Notes under the pieces: generated by a model | Told to the model about the DNA's origin: nothing | The model's input: the letters and a program-made list of their open reading frames with translations, nothing else | The model's database searches: none | Assembly: GCA_022828125.1 (NCBI GenBank) | Contig: JAJEJD010000019.1 | Coordinates: 78,875 to 142,874 of the forward strand | Length of the DNA stretch: 64,000 bases | Origin: a bacterium | GTDB lineage: Bacteria; UBA8248 | Direction: 5' to 3' | Position numbers and translations under genes: made by a program | Shown here: one piece after another, positions 35,558 through 45,461 of the stretch | How the letters are laid out: each line of letters begins with the position of its first letter | Numbering within the stretch: position 1 is the stretch's first letter

Positions 35558-37330
35558 ATGGAACGCCGACGCGCCCGTCTCGAAGCGCTCGCGCAGGTAA
35601 CCGCGCACGATTACGACCTCGCCCTGAACTTCGGTCCCAAGGCGAAGAACGGCGAAGACGCCATCCACGTCGAAGACCCCGAGCAGACCCTGGCGCGCCT
35701 GGGCGGCGGACTCAACGACGAGCACGTCTTGAGATTCCAGAAGGGCATGACGCTCATCGAGGTGGCCCACAAAATCCACGGTACGTTCCGCTGGGCGGGG
35801 CGCGCCGCGCTCGCGAACCGCGAGAGGCCGGGTCTTTTCCACATCTGGCACACGCTCGAGGACGCGCGGTGCGAAAACCGCCTCGCGGAATCGCTGCCCG
35901 GCACCAAGAAGAATTTCCGCGCCTTCATTCTCCCGGCCATCGAGGCGGCCGAACGCAACCAGATGAGCGGGCAACTCCCCTTGTTTCTCCAGATCCAGTG
36001 GGGGCTCTACCTCGCCGGGATCGGGCAGACACCCGGCGTCCCCTCCTCTCGGCCCGGAGACTTGCCGGCGGCCTGGTTCGATACCGCCGTCGTCCAGATT
36101 TTTCACAGGCTCATCCCTCTGGTAGACCGCGCCTGCGCCGCCGATGACCCCAAAACCGCCTTCGATTGCGCGAACGAGATATATGACGCCATCCAGCGCT
36201 ATCTCACCGAAGATCAACTCTCCCGGATGAGCGAGGATCAGGATTTATCGGAGATTCCCGAAGAAATTCTGCAGAAAATCGAGAGCCAGAACCTGGAGGG
36301 CGACGACGACGAAGCGCTCGAGATGCTCCACCCCGAGGCGGCGGAGGAAATCGACGAGGAAGACGTAGGCGAGCAGGTCGAACTCAGCCCCGAGGAACTC
36401 GCAGCGCTCGGGCACTGGGCCGCCCCCTGGTTCGAACTCGAAGGGAACAAGAAGGAAATCCACCCCACCGCCGAGCACCCCGACGAGCGAACCATCGTGT
36501 TGCCGCCCGAGGGCAAGGCCGAAGAATACGCGGCGGTCATCGACAACGCGGGCAGCCACATCAAAGTGCTGGTGTGGAAACTCATGCAGATCATCCAGGA
36601 GAGAACCTACACACGCTACAGCGGCTCGCACCGCTCGGGCAAGCTGAACCTCCCGAAGCTGTGGAAGCAGCGGCTGGGGAAATTCCATCTCTTCCACCGA
36701 AAAGAAGAGCCCGACAAGCTCGACGTGTGCTTCACGCTGCTCGTGGACGAGAGCGGCAGCATGAACCGCGAGTCGAAATACATGGCCGCCAGGGAGGCGA
36801 CCATATTCTTCGCCGAAGCGCTCGACCGCCTCGATGTGCCCTTCGAGGTCATCGGCTATTCCACCGAGAGTTCCGAAGCCGCCATGGCGGCGGCCCTGGG
36901 CCACATCCCCGCGTTCAAGTTCCGCCACATCCGGCACTCGCCGCTCCAGCACCGCATCTACAAGGGTTTCGAGGATCATTTCGCCCAGGTGAAGAACAGG
37001 CTCGTCAACATCTACCCGCGCTTCAACAACTGGGACGAGGAGCACCTGCTCTTCGCCTACCGCAGGCTCATCCAGCGACCCGAGGAGGAGAAAATCATCA
37101 TCATCACCTCGGACGGCCAGCCCAACGGGGACGCGACCCACCTCGTGAACACGGTGAACCGGCTCCAGAAGCTCGGGGTGCGCGTCATCGGCGTCGGCGT
37201 GGTGGACCCATTCGTCGAGCAGATCTACCCCAACCACATCGTGGTGCAGGACCTCACCCAGCTATCCACCGAACTCGTGAACATCCTGAGGCGCGAACTG
37301 CTCGGCGGCGTGGAGAGCCGCACTTGGTAG
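35558..37330 (+). CDS. von Willebrand factor A domain protein (CoxE/CbbO/NorD/CobT-like partner of the AAA+ ATPase)
   Basis: 590 aa. Acidic linker DDDEALEMLHPEAAEEIDEED. C-terminal VWA with MIDAS DESGSM...S...T and IIIITSDGQPN. Confidence 0.8.
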   Translation: MERRRARLEALAQVTAHDYDLALNFGPKAKNGEDAIHVEDPEQTLARLGGGLNDEHVLRFQKGMTLIEVAHKIHGTFRWAGRAALANRERPGLFHIWHTLEDARCENRLAESLPGTKKNFRAFILPAIEAAERNQMSGQLPLFLQIQWGLYLAGIGQTPGVPSSRPGDLPAAWFDTAVVQIFHRLIPLVDRACAADDPKTAFDCANEIYDAIQRYLTEDQLSRMSEDQDLSEIPEEILQKIESQNLEGDDDEALEMLHPEAAEEIDEEDVGEQVELSPEELAALGHWAAPWFELEGNKKEIHPTAEHPDERTIVLPPEGKAEEYAAVIDNAGSHIKVLVWKLMQIIQERTYTRYSGSHRSGKLNLPKLWKQRLGKFHLFHRKEEPDKLDVCFTLLVDESGSMNRESKYMAAREATIFFAEALDRLDVPFEVIGYSTESSEAAMAAALGHIPAFKFRHIRHSPLQHRIYKGFEDHFAQVKNRLVNIYPRFNNWDEEHLLFAYRRLIQRPEEEKIIIITSDGQPNGDATHLVNTVNRLQKLGVRVIGVGVVDPFVEQIYPNHIVVQDLTQLSTELVNILRRELLGGVESRTW

Positions 37331-38151
37331 TGGAAGAAGACGTCGTTCGCTCCCTCGGGGTCGGGCCTGGCCAGAGCATCGCGGCGGTCGGCGGAGGCGG
37401 AAAAACGAGCCTGCTGACCGCCATCGCCAGAGAGTTTCATGCGCAAAGCGGAAAGCCTGCGATTCTCACGACGACAACGAAAATTTTCGCGCCGCTGCCC
37501 GAAGAAAAAACCCAACTCGCCCTGGGTGACGCCGCGACGCTCGCCAAGAACCTCCGCCCCTACATGGACGCTTGCGGCGTCTCATGGTTCGCACGCTGCC
37601 GCGAGGGGAAAGCCCCGGTTCCAGGCAGCGAGAGCGAGCAGCGAATGAAGCTGGGCGGCTTCGCGCCTCGAGAAATCGCCCGCCTGAAGCTCGCCGACGC
37701 CCTCACACTCATCGAGGCGGACGGCGCGAGAAGACTGCCCATCAAGGCCCCGGGGCCCGATGAACCCGTATTGCCGGAAAATCTCGACGCCGTGCTGGGC
37801 GTCGTGGGGCTGGACGCAATAGGCGCGCCATTGAGCGAAACGCATGTTTTTCGTCCCGAGGCGCTTTCGCACATTTGCAGCCTGCAGATCGGCGGGGAGA
37901 TAACGGCCGAGGCCATAGGAAAGCTGTGCGCACATCCCGATGGTCTTTTTCACAAGGCCGAAGAAGGCGCGCGCAAATGGATCGTCATCAACAAGGCGGA
38001 TATGGAAACCTCGCTGGAAAAACTTGAAAAAACGGCCTATACTATATGGGAGTTGGCCGGAAAGCCTCATGGTCCGGCGGACGGCATCCTCTTCACGTCT
38101 TGTATGAACAACGAATGTAAAGTATTCATACGGCTTGCGTCGGATGCGTAA
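37330..38151 (+). CDS. P-loop protein, YqeC-like (putative selenium-dependent hydroxylase accessory protein)
   Basis: GTG start overlapping the VWA stop by 1 nt. Walker A AAVGGGGKTSLL. About 274 aa. The first 750 nt of the long ORF in the track (36574-38151) is out-of-gene. Confidence 0.5.
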   Translation: MEEDVVRSLGVGPGQSIAAVGGGGKTSLLTAIAREFHAQSGKPAILTTTTKIFAPLPEEKTQLALGDAATLAKNLRPYMDACGVSWFARCREGKAPVPGSESEQRMKLGGFAPREIARLKLADALTLIEADGARRLPIKAPGPDEPVLPENLDAVLGVVGLDAIGAPLSETHVFRPEALSHICSLQIGGEITAEAIGKLCAHPDGLFHKAEEGARKWIVINKADMETSLEKLEKTAYTIWELAGKPHGPADGILFTSCMNNECKVFIRLASDA

Positions 38152-38182
38152 CGACTGAAACTCCATGTAAACGGAGCAAGGA

Positions 38183-39328
38183 ATGAGCAAAGACGTATTC
38201 AAGGAAATGGCAAGGCTCAAGGAAGACGGCCAGAGCGGTGCGCTCGCCACGGTCGTAGCTCGCAAGGGATCCGCGCCCATGAGCGGCGACGCGAAGATGC
38301 TAGTGCGCGAGGACGGCAGCACGGAGGGAACCGTCGGGGGCGGCTGCCTCGAAGCCGAGGTGTGGGAAACCGCCATGAGCGTCCTGGAGACAGGCGAACC
38401 CGAAAAACTCCGGTTCGACCTCACCCAGCAGGAAGCCGAAGACAGCGGCCACATCTGCGGCGGCGTGGTGGAAATACTCGTGGAACCCTTCCAGGCGTTT
38501 CAGGAAGAGTTGCTCGGCGAGATCAACCGCATCAGAAACCAGGGCGGCAGCGCGGCGCTGGCGACCATCGTTCAACCGGGCGAACTCGAAGTCCCGTCGA
38601 CTGAGGCCAGAAAGATGCTCTTCCGGCGCGACGGCAGCGCCGTGGGCGAGATTCCCGACTATTCAACGGAAATCTGGGCGGAGAGCACGCAAATCATCCG
38701 AAACGGCAGCCCCACACTCCTGCAGTTCAACAGGGACGCCGCGCGCGCGGGAGAAAAGAGGTCCACCCTCACGGACGCAACCGAAATTTTCGTCGAACCC
38801 ATATCCGGCCAGCCGCTCGTCTATATTTTCGGCGGCGGGCACGTGTCGTTCTGCGTCGCGCAGGCGGCCTATCTTGCCGGTTTCCGCGTTTCGATCGTCG
38901 AGGACAGGCCCTCGTTCGCCAACAAGGAGCGCTTCCCGATGGCGGAATCGTTCCATGTCGGCGAGTTCCCCGAAATTTTCGAGAAAATCCCGGTCGATGA
39001 GTCCGACTACCTGGCCATCATCACCAGAGGCCATTCGAACGACGAGGTCGTCCTCGAATGGGCCATGAAGTCGGACGCGCGCTACATCGGGATGATCGGC
39101 TCCAAAAGCAAGGTGCTGCTCACCTATCGCCACCTCCAGGACAAGGGCTACGACAGGAGCGAACTCATCGATCGCGTCCATGCCCCCATTGGTTTGGACA
39201 TCGGCGCGGATACGCCGGGAGAGATCGGGGTCGCCATCGTCGCCGAACTCATCCGCCACCGCCGCCGGGGCGAGGCGGAGAGCGAGGGCGCAGGCAGCAA
39301 AAGGGTGCAACTCAAAAGAAAATCCTAA
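38183..39328 (+). CDS. xdhC: XdhC/CoxF-family molybdenum-hydroxylase maturation factor
   Basis: N-terminal XdhC_CoxI ATVVARKGSAPMSGDAKMLVREDGSTEGTVGGGCLE and C-terminal Rossmann IFGGGHVS. Confidence 0.85.
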   Translation: MSKDVFKEMARLKEDGQSGALATVVARKGSAPMSGDAKMLVREDGSTEGTVGGGCLEAEVWETAMSVLETGEPEKLRFDLTQQEAEDSGHICGGVVEILVEPFQAFQEELLGEINRIRNQGGSAALATIVQPGELEVPSTEARKMLFRRDGSAVGEIPDYSTEIWAESTQIIRNGSPTLLQFNRDAARAGEKRSTLTDATEIFVEPISGQPLVYIFGGGHVSFCVAQAAYLAGFRVSIVEDRPSFANKERFPMAESFHVGEFPEIFEKIPVDESDYLAIITRGHSNDEVVLEWAMKSDARYIGMIGSKSKVLLTYRHLQDKGYDRSELIDRVHAPIGLDIGADTPGEIGVAIVAELIRHRRRGEAESEGAGSKRVQLKRKS

Positions 39329-39409
39329 AATTTATCGCCGCAACCGGCCCGTACGAGGGGGCCGCATTCTTTCATACCCGGGACCCGAAGCGAGTGTATT
39401 CCAGGGCTC

Positions 39410-40165
39410 ATGGGTTATCTCCGCAGGATCATCGGCGCAGCGACGGACTTCCTCATCCCCCCGAAATGCCTCTTGTGTTCGGCTTCCATGGAAATCGGCG
39501 ACCCTCAGGCGATATGCGCCTCCTGCACGGATGCTTTCGAGCGCTTTGAACCCCCCTGGTGCCCCAGGTGCGGAAACCCTTTCCACTCCCTGACCACCCT
39601 CACCCATTCCCCGGTCCACGTCTGCGCAGATTGCCTCGAAAACGGGCATCACTACGACATGGCCCGCGCCATCGGCGCGTATGAGGACTCGCTGCGCGAA
39701 GCGGTCCACCTCTTCAAGTTCCAGGGCTTCACGAAGATCGCGCGCGAGTTCGCGCCCCACCTCGCAAAGCTCGCGGCAGACGAATTTGGTGCCGGAGAAA
39801 ACGCCCGAAATGTATTGGTCACGCACGTGCCCATCGACCCCGCCCGCTGGAGGACGAGAGGCTTCGATCAGGCGATGCTGCTCGCCCTCATGACGTCGGA
39901 ATGCCTGGGCAAACCCCACATGGACCTCCTCGAGCGCGCGAAGAAGACCCGCTCGCAGACGGGACTATCCGCGCGGGAGCGGCGCCGGAACATGCGGGGC
40001 GTCTTCCGGGTTCGGATTAAGGGGGTGCGGCAAATGCCCGAAGCGGTCACGTGCATCCTCGTCGACGACGTCGTCACGACCGGATCGACCGCCTCGGCCT
40101 GCGCCCGCGAACTCAAAAAAGCGGGCGCCGAAGCAGTGCACCTGCTGACGATATGCCGATCTTGA
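39410..40165 (+). CDS. comF: ComF/GntX-family phosphoribosyltransferase-domain protein
   Basis: N-terminal Cys4 CLLC...CASC...CPRC...CADC and C-terminal PRTase ILVDDVVTTGST. Confidence 0.85.
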   Translation: MGYLRRIIGAATDFLIPPKCLLCSASMEIGDPQAICASCTDAFERFEPPWCPRCGNPFHSLTTLTHSPVHVCADCLENGHHYDMARAIGAYEDSLREAVHLFKFQGFTKIAREFAPHLAKLAADEFGAGENARNVLVTHVPIDPARWRTRGFDQAMLLALMTSECLGKPHMDLLERAKKTRSQTGLSARERRRNMRGVFRVRIKGVRQMPEAVTCILVDDVVTTGSTASACARELKKAGAEAVHLLTICRS

Positions 40166-40214
40166 GGGGGAGGTGTGGGGTTGCATGCTTAGGAGTCGCT
40201 TCCAGGCGGCGGGA

Positions 40215-40310
40215 AAATCGAATTGATGAAAATTTCGATAAATTTCGATAAAATTCACGGGGTTTTTCGATAAAAAAATTGCTGTAGTATAAGATAATAT
40301 ATCTTTTAAT
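40215..40310. repeat. AT-rich element, partial copy 3 (AATTTCGATAAATTTCGATAAAATTCACGGGGTTTTTCGATAAAAA)
   Basis: Shares the TTCGATAAATTTCGATAA direct repeat with copy 1, and an inverted CACGGGGTTTTTCGATAA segment with copy 2. Confidence 0.5.
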
Positions 40311-40311
40311 T

Positions 40312-41343
40312 TCAGTTATTTACAACCATCCGCGCCGCGAGGAGCAGCGCATCGACCATGCTGGAGGGGTCGGCAATACCCTGCCCGGCGATGGGGAATC
40401 CCGTCCCGTGCTCGACCGAGGTTCTGACGATGGGCAGACCCAGCGTCACGTTCACGCCGCGAACGCTCGCCTGCCCATCGGAGTCGAAGCGAAAACACAT
40501 CAGCTTGCCCGGAATATGGCCCTGATCGTGATACATGGCCACGACGCCGCTGTAGAAGCCGCCGCGCAGTTTGCCGAAAATCGTGTCCGGCGGCTCGGGG
40601 CCGTGCGCGTCGACGCCCATCTCCCTTAAATCCGCGACCGCGGGCGCGATTTCCTCCACCTCTTCCCTGCCGAACAAGCCGCCCTCGCCCGCGTGGGGGT
40701 TGAGGCCCGCGACGCCGATTCTGGGCGTTTTGCGATCCAGCCGGCGTAAGGCGTCGTCCAGAACGCGCGCCACGTACACGATTCGCTTTCTCTTGACGCG
40801 CCGAAGCGCCACCCTCAAGGGACAATGGGTGGACAGGTGCGCGATTCGAATCCTGCGGTGCGCCAGCATCATGACGGGCCGCCCTCCGCCGCACAGGTCG
40901 GCGAGCATCTCGGTGTGACCGGGGTAGTCGTACCCTCCGGCTTGCAGGGATTCCTTGTTGATCGGCGCGGTCGCTACGGCGTCCACGAGGCCCGAGCGCG
41001 CCATCGAGACGGCCTTTTCGATATATTGGCCCGCCGCCATTCCCAGCTCGGGGAGGACTTTTCCGTAAACGCGATGTTCGGGAGCGACGTTTTTCAGATC
41101 GACTACGGGCGTACGCGCCGAGTCCTGGTATTCCGCCAGGGTTTCCTCGCCTGTCACCCGTGCCAGACGCGCCGGAATCTTCATCCTTCTCGCGTGTTTC
41201 CTGAGAACGGCCATGTCGCCCACGATGAGGGGGGCGCATTTTTTCCGAACGCTCACCTCAAGAGCGGCTTTGAGGCAAACCTCAGGCCCCACCCCCGCCG
41301 GGTCTCCCATGGTCATCGCGATTACAGGTCTTCGCCTCGACAT
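40312..41343 (-). CDS. pdxA: 4-hydroxythreonine-4-phosphate dehydrogenase family (PdxA/PdxA2)
   Basis: Start at MSRRRPVIAMTMGDPAGVGPE. NPHAGE and metal-site H residues. Confidence 0.85.
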   Translation of the reverse strand: MSRRRPVIAMTMGDPAGVGPEVCLKAALEVSVRKKCAPLIVGDMAVLRKHARRMKIPARLARVTGEETLAEYQDSARTPVVDLKNVAPEHRVYGKVLPELGMAAGQYIEKAVSMARSGLVDAVATAPINKESLQAGGYDYPGHTEMLADLCGGGRPVMMLAHRRIRIAHLSTHCPLRVALRRVKRKRIVYVARVLDDALRRLDRKTPRIGVAGLNPHAGEGGLFGREEVEEIAPAVADLREMGVDAHGPEPPDTIFGKLRGGFYSGVVAMYHDQGHIPGKLMCFRFDSDGQASVRGVNVTLGLPIVRTSVEHGTGFPIAGQGIADPSSMVDALLLAARMVVNN

Positions 41344-41497
41344 GCTTACTTTCTCTCCGCACCATACAGGAAAAATCTCATTCCTCTTGAAGAAGCCCGA
41401 GCAATTCATTGCCGGCAGGTTATCATATTCCCGCCCTCTACGATTCCGGGATTATTTCGCCCGGAACTCTTGACTTGAGCGTTATGCGGCGCAGAAG

Positions 41498-42058
41498 ATG
41501 ACCCCTCGACAGACAAGAATATGCAATTCTAATTCGAGAGGAAAATACTTGAGCGGGAACGGCGCAAGCGCAAGCAAAACGGTCCGGAAACTTCACGAAC
41601 TCGGCTTCACGCACGCTCTCATGATACCCGACAGCGAGAGCCGCCTTCTATACGAAGCCCTGGAAAACGACCCGGAAATCGACCTGATCACCCCCTGCCG
41701 GGAGGGAGAATCCGTCGCCATCGCAGCCGGGCTCTGGACGGGCGGCCTCAAGCCGTTGCTCGTGATTCAGAACACGGGCCTCATGGAGGCGGGAGACTCT
41801 TTGAGGGGCTGCGGGGTCGGCCCCAAGGTGCCCCTGCGCATGATGGTCGGCTGGCGGGGATACGGCGGGGCGACGGCCGGAAAGTTGCCGATCGATTCGG
41901 CATATACCTTCACGGAGCCACTGCTTCAGGCGTGGAGAATCCCGACCTGGCGCCTCATGTCGGACGATGACCTGGGAACGCTCGAACTGATGGACCAGAC
42001 GGCGGCGGAAACTTCTTATCCGGCGGCCGTCATCACCGGCTACGGGTTCAAACCTTGA
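41498..42058 (+). CDS. TPP-dependent sulfopyruvate/phosphonopyruvate decarboxylase, alpha (ComD-like) subunit
   Basis: N-terminal TPP-enzyme PYR domain pattern. Exact start uncertain. Confidence 0.6.
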   Translation: MTPRQTRICNSNSRGKYLSGNGASASKTVRKLHELGFTHALMIPDSESRLLYEALENDPEIDLITPCREGESVAIAAGLWTGGLKPLLVIQNTGLMEAGDSLRGCGVGPKVPLRMMVGWRGYGGATAGKLPIDSAYTFTEPLLQAWRIPTWRLMSDDDLGTLELMDQTAAETSYPAAVITGYGFKP

Positions 42059-42071
42059 AAGGCGGATCACC

Positions 42072-42656
42072 TTGATAGAGCGCATGGAACTGTTCCGCGC
42101 AGTGGCGGAACGAAGAACGAACGAGATCGTGGTAATGACCATGACGGCCACCCTCCAGTGGCCGCTGGTCTCTAAAAGCGACCTCGATTTCGATTTCCTG
42201 GCCTTCGGCATGGGGCACGCCGCGGATTTCGGCCTGGGACTCGCCATCGCCCGGCCCGAGCGAAAAACCATCGTCTGGAAGGGCGACGGAGGGATACTGA
42301 TGAGCCTGGGCTCGCTGGTGACACTGGCCAGGTATGCGCCCGAAAACCTTGTCGTATTCCTGCTCGAGAACAGGAGCTACGAGATGGTGGGCGGGCAGGA
42401 GCTTCCCCCTCGGGCCGATTTCGTCGAACTGGCGCGCGCCTCGGGCTTCGAGGGCGGGGGAGCGGCGGGAAAAGGCAAGGTGGAGCGCATTGATGCCCTG
42501 GAAGCGTTTCAGGACGCCCTGCCCCGGATACTCACCGAGGCGGGCCCTCATTTCATCGTATTGCCGGTCACAAACAGGGAGAAACTTCCGCCGGTGAACC
42601 ATTCGGACCATGCGGGGAGAATCCGGACTTTGAGAAAGGCCCTGAACGTGTCATAG
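42072..42656 (+). CDS. TPP-dependent sulfopyruvate/phosphonopyruvate decarboxylase, beta (ComE-like) subunit
   Basis: TPP-binding GDGG...N motif (WKGDGGILMSLGSLVT...LLEN). Confidence 0.65.
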   Translation: MIERMELFRAVAERRTNEIVVMTMTATLQWPLVSKSDLDFDFLAFGMGHAADFGLGLAIARPERKTIVWKGDGGILMSLGSLVTLARYAPENLVVFLLENRSYEMVGGQELPPRADFVELARASGFEGGGAAGKGKVERIDALEAFQDALPRILTEAGPHFIVLPVTNREKLPPVNHSDHAGRIRTLRKALNVS

Positions 42657-42660
42657 GGCA

Positions 42661-43350
42661 TCACTTCTGAATCAATATCTTGTCCAGTTCGTCGAGTGAG
42701 GTGATTTCCGCGTCGATTTCATGCGGGACGCGCTCTTTCTTCTGCCCGAAGCGATTCACCCAGACGACGCGATACCCGAAATGAGAGGCACCCGCGATAT
42801 CCCAGCCGTTCGAGGAGAAGAAACAGATTCTATTCGCTGGAACGCCGAGCCGGTCCACCGCCAGTTGATAGACTGATGCGTGCACCTTGAATATCCCGGC
42901 ACTCTCCACGGATAGAACGTCTTCGAGATATTTCTCGATTCCGGCGTTCTTCACCGCGCTGCCGAGCATTTCAGGTGAGCCGTTGGAGAGTATCGCAGCC
43001 CGCACCCCGTCTTCCCGCAGCTTTTCGAGCACGCCCTTCACCTCGGGGTATGCGCTCAATCGCTTGTAGAGCATCATGAGTTCTTCACGAAGGCGCGGGT
43101 TCTCCATTCCCAGCGTATCCATGGCGAAATCGAGCGCATCGCCCGTTACCTGCCAGAAATCCGCGTGATTGCCCATCAGGCTTCTCAGCCACGTGTATTC
43201 AATCTGCTTGGTCCGCCAGAGCGAGGAGAGCGCCTGCCAATTATCGCCAAGCTCTGATTGTTTTTCCGCCGCCGCAGCGGTTACATCGAACAGCGTGCCG
43301 TAGGCGTCGAACAGACACAGGTCGATTTCATGATCACCCAGCCGGAGCAT
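42661..43350 (-). CDS. HAD-superfamily hydrolase (L-2-haloacid dehalogenase type II-like)
   Basis: DAYGTLFD nucleophile motif, SNG, C-terminal D motif. Confidence 0.8.
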   Translation of the reverse strand: MLRLGDHEIDLCLFDAYGTLFDVTAAAAEKQSELGDNWQALSSLWRTKQIEYTWLRSLMGNHADFWQVTGDALDFAMDTLGMENPRLREELMMLYKRLSAYPEVKGVLEKLREDGVRAAILSNGSPEMLGSAVKNAGIEKYLEDVLSVESAGIFKVHASVYQLAVDRLGVPANRICFFSSNGWDIAGASHFGYRVVWVNRFGQKKERVPHEIDAEITSLDELDKILIQK

Positions 43351-43387
43351 CTCTCATCCACCTCCTCAAAATGCGGGGATTCCTCTT

Positions 43388-44362
43388 CTAGGGCGCCAAA
43401 TTGATTTTGCCCAGGAATTTTCCGCTCAGAAGAACCTCGTGCGATTCATTCGCCTGCTCCATCGGAAGTTCCCGCCCGATGTGAGGCTTGATGGCGCCGC
43501 TTTCCAGCAAGGGAGCCAGACGCCTCAATATGCCCGGTACGAGAGGATTCAGATTACCCGAAGAGAGCGCCAGAATCCGGGCGTCCCGGCCCATGGCCGC
43601 AGGCAGCGGAATCGTCACTTCCGGGCCTTTGCCCGTCCCCGTTCCGACGATGACGATCCGGCCGTTGACGGCGTTGAGCTTCAGATCCGACGACAGATTA
43701 TCACAGCCTATATTTTCGACGACGACCTCGACGCCTCGGCCCGAAGTGAGCTCCATCACGCGCTCGGGCACGTCTTCTTCGCGGTAGTTGATGGTCGCCT
43801 CGGCGCCCCCCGCAAGACAGAAATCCGCCTTTTCCTTGGAGCTCACCGTCGTGAACACCCGGCAGCCTAACGTGCGGGCGAGCTGGATCGCCAGATAGCC
43901 CACGCCGCCGGCTCCCCCCTGCACGAGCACGCAATCGCCCGGAGCCGCCTCTCCCTTCACGACCAGCGCGTTCCAGGCCGTAAGGAGCGGGATGGGCAGC
44001 GCGGCGCCTTCCGCAGAAGACATCGAATCCGGCAGCCTGCCCGTCGAGTCTGCGGGCAACAACCCTTTTTCGGCATACGCCCCGGTGGAGGCGCGGCCCC
44101 ACACCCGGTCGCCCGGCGCGAACGCCTCGACGCCCTCGCCCACCGCTTCCACTTCGCCCGCGACGTCCGTGCCGCACGTATAGGGCAGCGTCATCGCCCC
44201 TGCGCGTGGATGATTTCCAGAGCGTATGGCGACTTCCAGAGGGTTCACGCCCGCCGCCGCTATCCGCACCAGCATCTCACCCGGCCCGGGTTCGGGCTCC
44301 GCCACCTCCTCCAACTCCATAGGATGCTCAAGCCCGAACCGCGTTACCCGTACCGCTTTCAT
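43388..44362 (-). CDS. NADPH:quinone oxidoreductase / zinc-type ADH-family (Qor) paralog 1
   Basis: MDR fold with GGAGGVG Rossmann motif. Confidence 0.85.
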   Translation of the reverse strand: MKAVRVTRFGLEHPMELEEVAEPEPGPGEMLVRIAAAGVNPLEVAIRSGNHPRAGAMTLPYTCGTDVAGEVEAVGEGVEAFAPGDRVWGRASTGAYAEKGLLPADSTGRLPDSMSSAEGAALPIPLLTAWNALVVKGEAAPGDCVLVQGGAGGVGYLAIQLARTLGCRVFTTVSSKEKADFCLAGGAEATINYREEDVPERVMELTSGRGVEVVVENIGCDNLSSDLKLNAVNGRIVIVGTGTGKGPEVTIPLPAAMGRDARILALSSGNLNPLVPGILRRLAPLLESGAIKPHIGRELPMEQANESHEVLLSGKFLGKINLAP

Positions 44363-44392
44363 CGCATTCTCCTTTTACGCCTCGTCCCGAAG

Positions 44393-45367
44393 CTACGGGA
44401 CCAGGACGACCTTGCCCAGGAATTGACCATCCAGAACGTAATCATGCGCCTCGTTCGCTTCTTCGAAACGCGACGCCTTATCGACGTTGATCCGGAACGC
44501 TCCCTCGCGCAGCAGGGGCGTGAAGCGGCGCACCAACTCCGGCATTTTCGGAAACAGATTCACCACGGCCAGCCCCAGCACCACGGCGTCTTTCGTCATG
44601 ACCGCAGGCACCCGGAATTCCGCGCCCGGGCCCTTGCCCGTACCCGTACCGATGACGATGATTTTCCCGTCCACGCGGATGGCGTCCAGGTCCTTGTCGA
44701 AATTATCGCAGGCGCAAAGCTCGACGACGACGTCGACGCCGCGCCCGCCGGTGAGCTCCATGCAGCGCTCGGCGAAATCCTCCTCGCGGTAGTTGATCGT
44801 TTCGTCCGCGCCCATCTCCTTGCAGAACTCCGCCTTCGCATCGGAACTCACCGTCGCGAAAACGCGGCAGCCCAGGCGCTTGGCGAGCTGAATCGCCGCC
44901 ATCCCGACGCCTCCCGCGCCGCCCTGCACGAGCACCGTCTCGCCGGGTCCCGCCTGCGCCTTGATGACGAGCGCGTTCCAGGCCGTGTAGAACGCGACCG
45001 TGATGCACGCCCCCTCTTCATAAGAGTAGGCCTCGGGTAGTTCCGCCGTGGCGTCGGCGACGAGCCGCACGTTCTCGGCGTAGCTTCCCCCCATGGCGCG
45101 GCCATATACCCGCTGCCCGATCCGCCAGCCCTCCACGCCCTCGCCCAGGGCGATGATCTCTCCCGCCGCCTCGGCTCCGGGAATATAAGGCGGCGTCACC
45201 AGCTTGGCGTAAGGGTGCTTGGCGGCCCGTATCGCCAAATCCACCGGGTTGACGCCGACTGCGCCGGCTTTTACCAGCACCTCGCCGGGCGCAGGCCGTG
45301 CGTCTTCCACCTCGTCCACCCGCATCGGAACATCCATGTTGAATTCATGTACGCGCACCGCTTTCAT
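44393..45367 (-). CDS. NADPH:quinone oxidoreductase (Qor) paralog 2, tandem
   Basis: About 50% identical by eye to the adjacent Qor. GGAGGVG. Confidence 0.85.
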   Translation of the reverse strand: MKAVRVHEFNMDVPMRVDEVEDARPAPGEVLVKAGAVGVNPVDLAIRAAKHPYAKLVTPPYIPGAEAAGEIIALGEGVEGWRIGQRVYGRAMGGSYAENVRLVADATAELPEAYSYEEGACITVAFYTAWNALVIKAQAGPGETVLVQGGAGGVGMAAIQLAKRLGCRVFATVSSDAKAEFCKEMGADETINYREEDFAERCMELTGGRGVDVVVELCACDNFDKDLDAIRVDGKIIVIGTGTGKGPGAEFRVPAVMTKDAVVLGLAVVNLFPKMPELVRRFTPLLREGAFRINVDKASRFEEANEAHDYVLDGQFLGKVVLVP

Positions 45368-45461
45368 CAGAATTTTCACTCCTCGGTTTAGAGAAACAGT
45401 CCGAAAATTATCGAACGATTAGAATATCCCGCCTCATACTTTATCAGGCATACGTGAAAAT

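Noticed and set aside
36574-37330. 5' two-thirds of the 525-aa ORF 36574-38151
   Set aside because: Overlaps the VWA gene in another frame. Only the portion from the GTG at 37330 (P-loop protein) is credible.
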